This document shows positions 60,824 through 64,000 of a stretch of 64,000 nt of DNA, piece by piece (position 1 is the first letter of the stretch; each line of letters opens with the position of its first letter). The notes beneath the pieces were generated by a model. The model was not told the DNA's origin. It worked only from the letters and a program-made list of their open reading frames with translations, and did no database searches. Made by a program: the position numbers and the translations under genes. The stretch spans positions 169,248,689 to 169,312,688 of the forward strand of contig NC_058133.1 in NCBI RefSeq assembly GCF_016433145.1, written 5' to 3'. The stretch is from Gracilinanus agilis (Eukaryota).

Positions 60824-62958
60824 CCCATAAAAGAAAGTAAGTTGAAGTAGAAAGCAAGGATTAAACCAATTCTTCTTTCTGGAGCAGTATATATGAGTCA
60901 TGAAAGAAAAGGATGGAAAGAGCGTGAAAATGATTGTGAATGAAAAGAAAAATGTTAGAGAAAGGTCTAAGGAATCCCAACTTTATATAGACATTCATCC
61001 CAAATTTCAGCTCCACATTTCTGCCTCTGGAACATCTTTGTATGGATGTAGAAAGTATGTACTCCAGTCATCTCAAACTCAGTATGATAAAAATTGAACT
61101 TAACTATTTCTGCAATCTAGCTCCTCCTCTTGACTTCCTTATTTTTATCAGTGGTGCTTCTTCCAATCACCCAGACTTAAAACTTAAATATCATCTTTGA
61201 TTATTTCACATTTCCTATGAGGAATCTAGTCAGTTGCCAAGTTTTGTCACTTCTGCCTCTACAGTGTCTCCTCTGTAACATTCCTCACAGGTGGTCACCA
61301 AGCCTCACTGAACTACAGAAAAAGAAGTTCATGTTATAATGGAAAGAGCCCCAGGATTTGACCAAGTATATAACCTTTGGCAAATCAACTAACCTCTCTA
61401 ACCATCTCAGCTGTAAAATGGGCTAAATGATTTTTGAAGGCCCATCTATTTCTAAATCCTTTAATTCTACAATGAGAAACTCAATACTCCACAAGACAGT
61501 CTCATCCATTTTCAAACATCATAATTTTCTGCAGGTTCTTTCTTATATTGAGATGAATCTTCCTCCTTGTAACTTCCATCCATTGGCCCCAGTTCTGTAC
61601 CCTGGAGCTACATAGAGGCAATTGACTGCCTCCTACAAATGACTATCATGTCTCCATGAGAAAAACCACAAACCCTAAAGGATAAAGGTCTGGGCATGTA
61701 CCAGGGTCAGAATAAGAGCACCTCCCCAGCTGAGAGAGGGAGGAAAAACCAGTACAGCCTGGGTGGGAATTAGGCGAGGCACCTTAATAGGCCATCCATT
61801 TGTTACCTGTATTTATTGAGCATCAACTCTGCTAAGGCAATGTTCTAGGAACTAGGGGGAATACAAAGATATCCAAGAAGATACAAAGATTGCCTTTTAG
61901 GCCCTTATAATCTTGTGGTTGGTTGGATGTGGAAGGAGTTGAGGTTGTGGCCACAGGGCCAACAATGTAATATTGGTATATATCGGTATATATACCAAGT
62001 ATATTGGTAAGACTTGAATGGACTCGAAAGAGACCAATTGGTTCAGCCTTCTTATTTTAGAGATGGGAAAACTGAAGCCAAGGGACATTAAATAAATTGC
62101 CCAAGATCAAATAGTGAATAAAGGACAGAGATGGGATGTGCACGTGAGGCCTTTGATTCCAAAACTAGTGTACATTTTGATTTGGGGGCAGCTGAGTAGG
62201 AGAAAAGGCAGGACTTTACAGAAATGGATAGGAAATGGGGAATGAATTGTAGGCGAGCAGGGATTTGGGTGGCTGGGAAATAATGATTGGAATGTAGAAA
62301 GGAGAATGAGGGCTGCTTGTATGATGCTGGGCACATGGGAGACGTTCAGCAAATATTTGTTATGGTTGACTTTAGGTTCAGAAATAGTATTGAGAACAAG
62401 GCATAGAAGAAATAATTGAGGCAGACAAGAAAATAGTGTACTTTTTCTTTCTGTCCCTATCCCTTGGTTCTCTGTCTCTCCGTTTTCCTGATTTAGTCTC
62501 TCCTTCAATCATCCTTTTCTCCTCTTCCTTTATTGCCTTTTTCTTTTCTCCCTTAACTAACCAGAATATAAAAACTTAAAATTTTTTGTAATTGTTTTTG
62601 TAAAGTTTTGTTTCCTATTAATTTTAATTTTATTAAATTAAATTAAATTAAATTTTAATTTCATTAAATTTAATTTTAATTTGTAGGCAAGTTGAAGAAT
62701 TTACATGTTTCTTGATAAAACACAAAAATTGGTCATAAACTGTTTTTTATTTATATGTGGTCCTTATGTGATTTTTTCCCCATAGTTAACATTTTGGGAT
62801 ATTCACAGCCTTATATAAGTAATAATTGGACAGATCATGTATTATTTTGTACATAGTAAATTTTAAGAATTTTTAAAAACATAAAATGAATTTAATTTAA
62901 ATGATTTCTTTTTTGTACTCTTAACATGATGCAGGATGGTATATTAAAAATAGTGCTG

Positions 62959-63165
62959 AGGGACGTCTAGGTGGCTCAGTGGATAGAGAGTCAGTCTTGG
63001 AGTTGGTGGGACCTGGGTTCAAATTTGACCTCAGACACTTCCTAGTTGTGTGACCCTGGGCAAGTCACTTAACTCCCATTGCCTAGCCCTTAAACCAATT
63101 TTCTGCCTTGAAATCAATACTTGTATCAATTCTAAGACATAATAATGTAAAGGTTTTAAAAGGGA
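62959..63165 (+). mobile_element. SINE1-like element with TSD
   Basis: TSD aaaaatagtgctg at 62946-62958 and 63166-63178. Confidence 0.88.
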
Positions 63166-63549
63166 AAAAATAGTGCTGGTTTCAGAGTCAAAGACACTGG
63201 TTCAAATTGTGGCTCTGCCACTTAATACTTTTGTCACTTTGACTAAGTCACTTCTAAGCCTCAGTTTCCTCTTCTGTAAACAGAGGGAGTTATAATAGAT
63301 GATCTCTTAGGTGCTTCCCAGCTGTTAAGTTTGTGACTTATGACATAGTTCTTTGAACTACACTTTAGGTGCATTGACTATGTTTGCATGTATAATGCAT
63401 TATATGTTTTAAATGGGAAGTCTCATAGGCTGTCCCTGTGCTATTTATTTACTTTCAAAATTGATGATAAACAATACAGATTTCCCTTTCATTCAAATTA
63501 GAATTAGTTTCATCTAAAAATTTGGGAGACTTATGGTTTGTTGATTTAA

Positions 63550-63717
<168 letters not shown>

Positions 63718-63932
63718 TAGAGGAGATTCACTATTAACCTCCTAAAGAACAGTAACTTTCATCTCTTACTTAGCATATGAAAATATGCCTTTTGGAAAAA
63801 TACATAGATAGAAACAAAATTTTTTCTCACATGGGGTAATTCTAGGTGAGGAATTCACAATTATGCATGTAATTTAGGGTTTTAGTCAAGTCTATTATGT
63901 AATTTTTTAAATTGCAGTTTCCTCAGAACACA

Positions 63933-63934
<2 letters not shown>

Positions 63935-63978
<44 letters not shown>

Positions 63979-63996
63979 CTCTCTCTCCCTCTCTCC
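63935..63996. repeat. (TC)n microsatellite
   Basis: Direct inspection. Confidence 0.9.
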
Positions 63997-64000
63997 ATAT

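Noticed and set aside
62610-62690. AT-rich quasi-palindrome (ttaaa/aattt arrays)
   Set aside because: Low-complexity sequence; the self-complementarity is trivially expected.

Overview
Mammalian genomic DNA. The near-identical tRNA-derived core-SINEs resemble the opossum SINE1 family, so the source is most likely a didelphid marsupial (Monodelphis-like). The region is syntenic with human 1q21.3. All protein-coding genes I can reconstruct lie on the + strand. They are C1orf43/NICE-3 (7 exons, 254 aa), CFAP141/C1orf189 (4 exons, 103 or 116 aa), the complete TPM3 locus (exons 1a, 2b, 1b, 3, 4, 5, 6a, 6b, 7, 8, 9a, 9b, 9c, 9d; the 285-aa muscle and 248/247-aa cytoskeletal isoforms assemble in frame) and the first 3 exons of NUP210L. 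mir-190b sits about 1.9 kb upstream of TPM3 exon 1a. There are three CpG islands, and the left one is probably shared bidirectionally with UBAP2L (synteny only). The rest is SINEs, L2/CR1 fragments, hAT MITEs, a decayed full-length 7SL retrocopy, microsatellites and two N gaps (32-203, 58808-58960). I see no wholly new gene system. The most notable observations are splice signals that exactly bracket the mir-190b hairpin, ACUAAC motifs on both splice sites of TPM3 exon 6a, a hAT MITE carrying a CTCF-like motif, two SINEs inserted at one target with a triplicated TSD, and a candidate internal TPM3 promoter. Gene and repeat names come from my recall of orthologues and consensus sequences, not from a database search.
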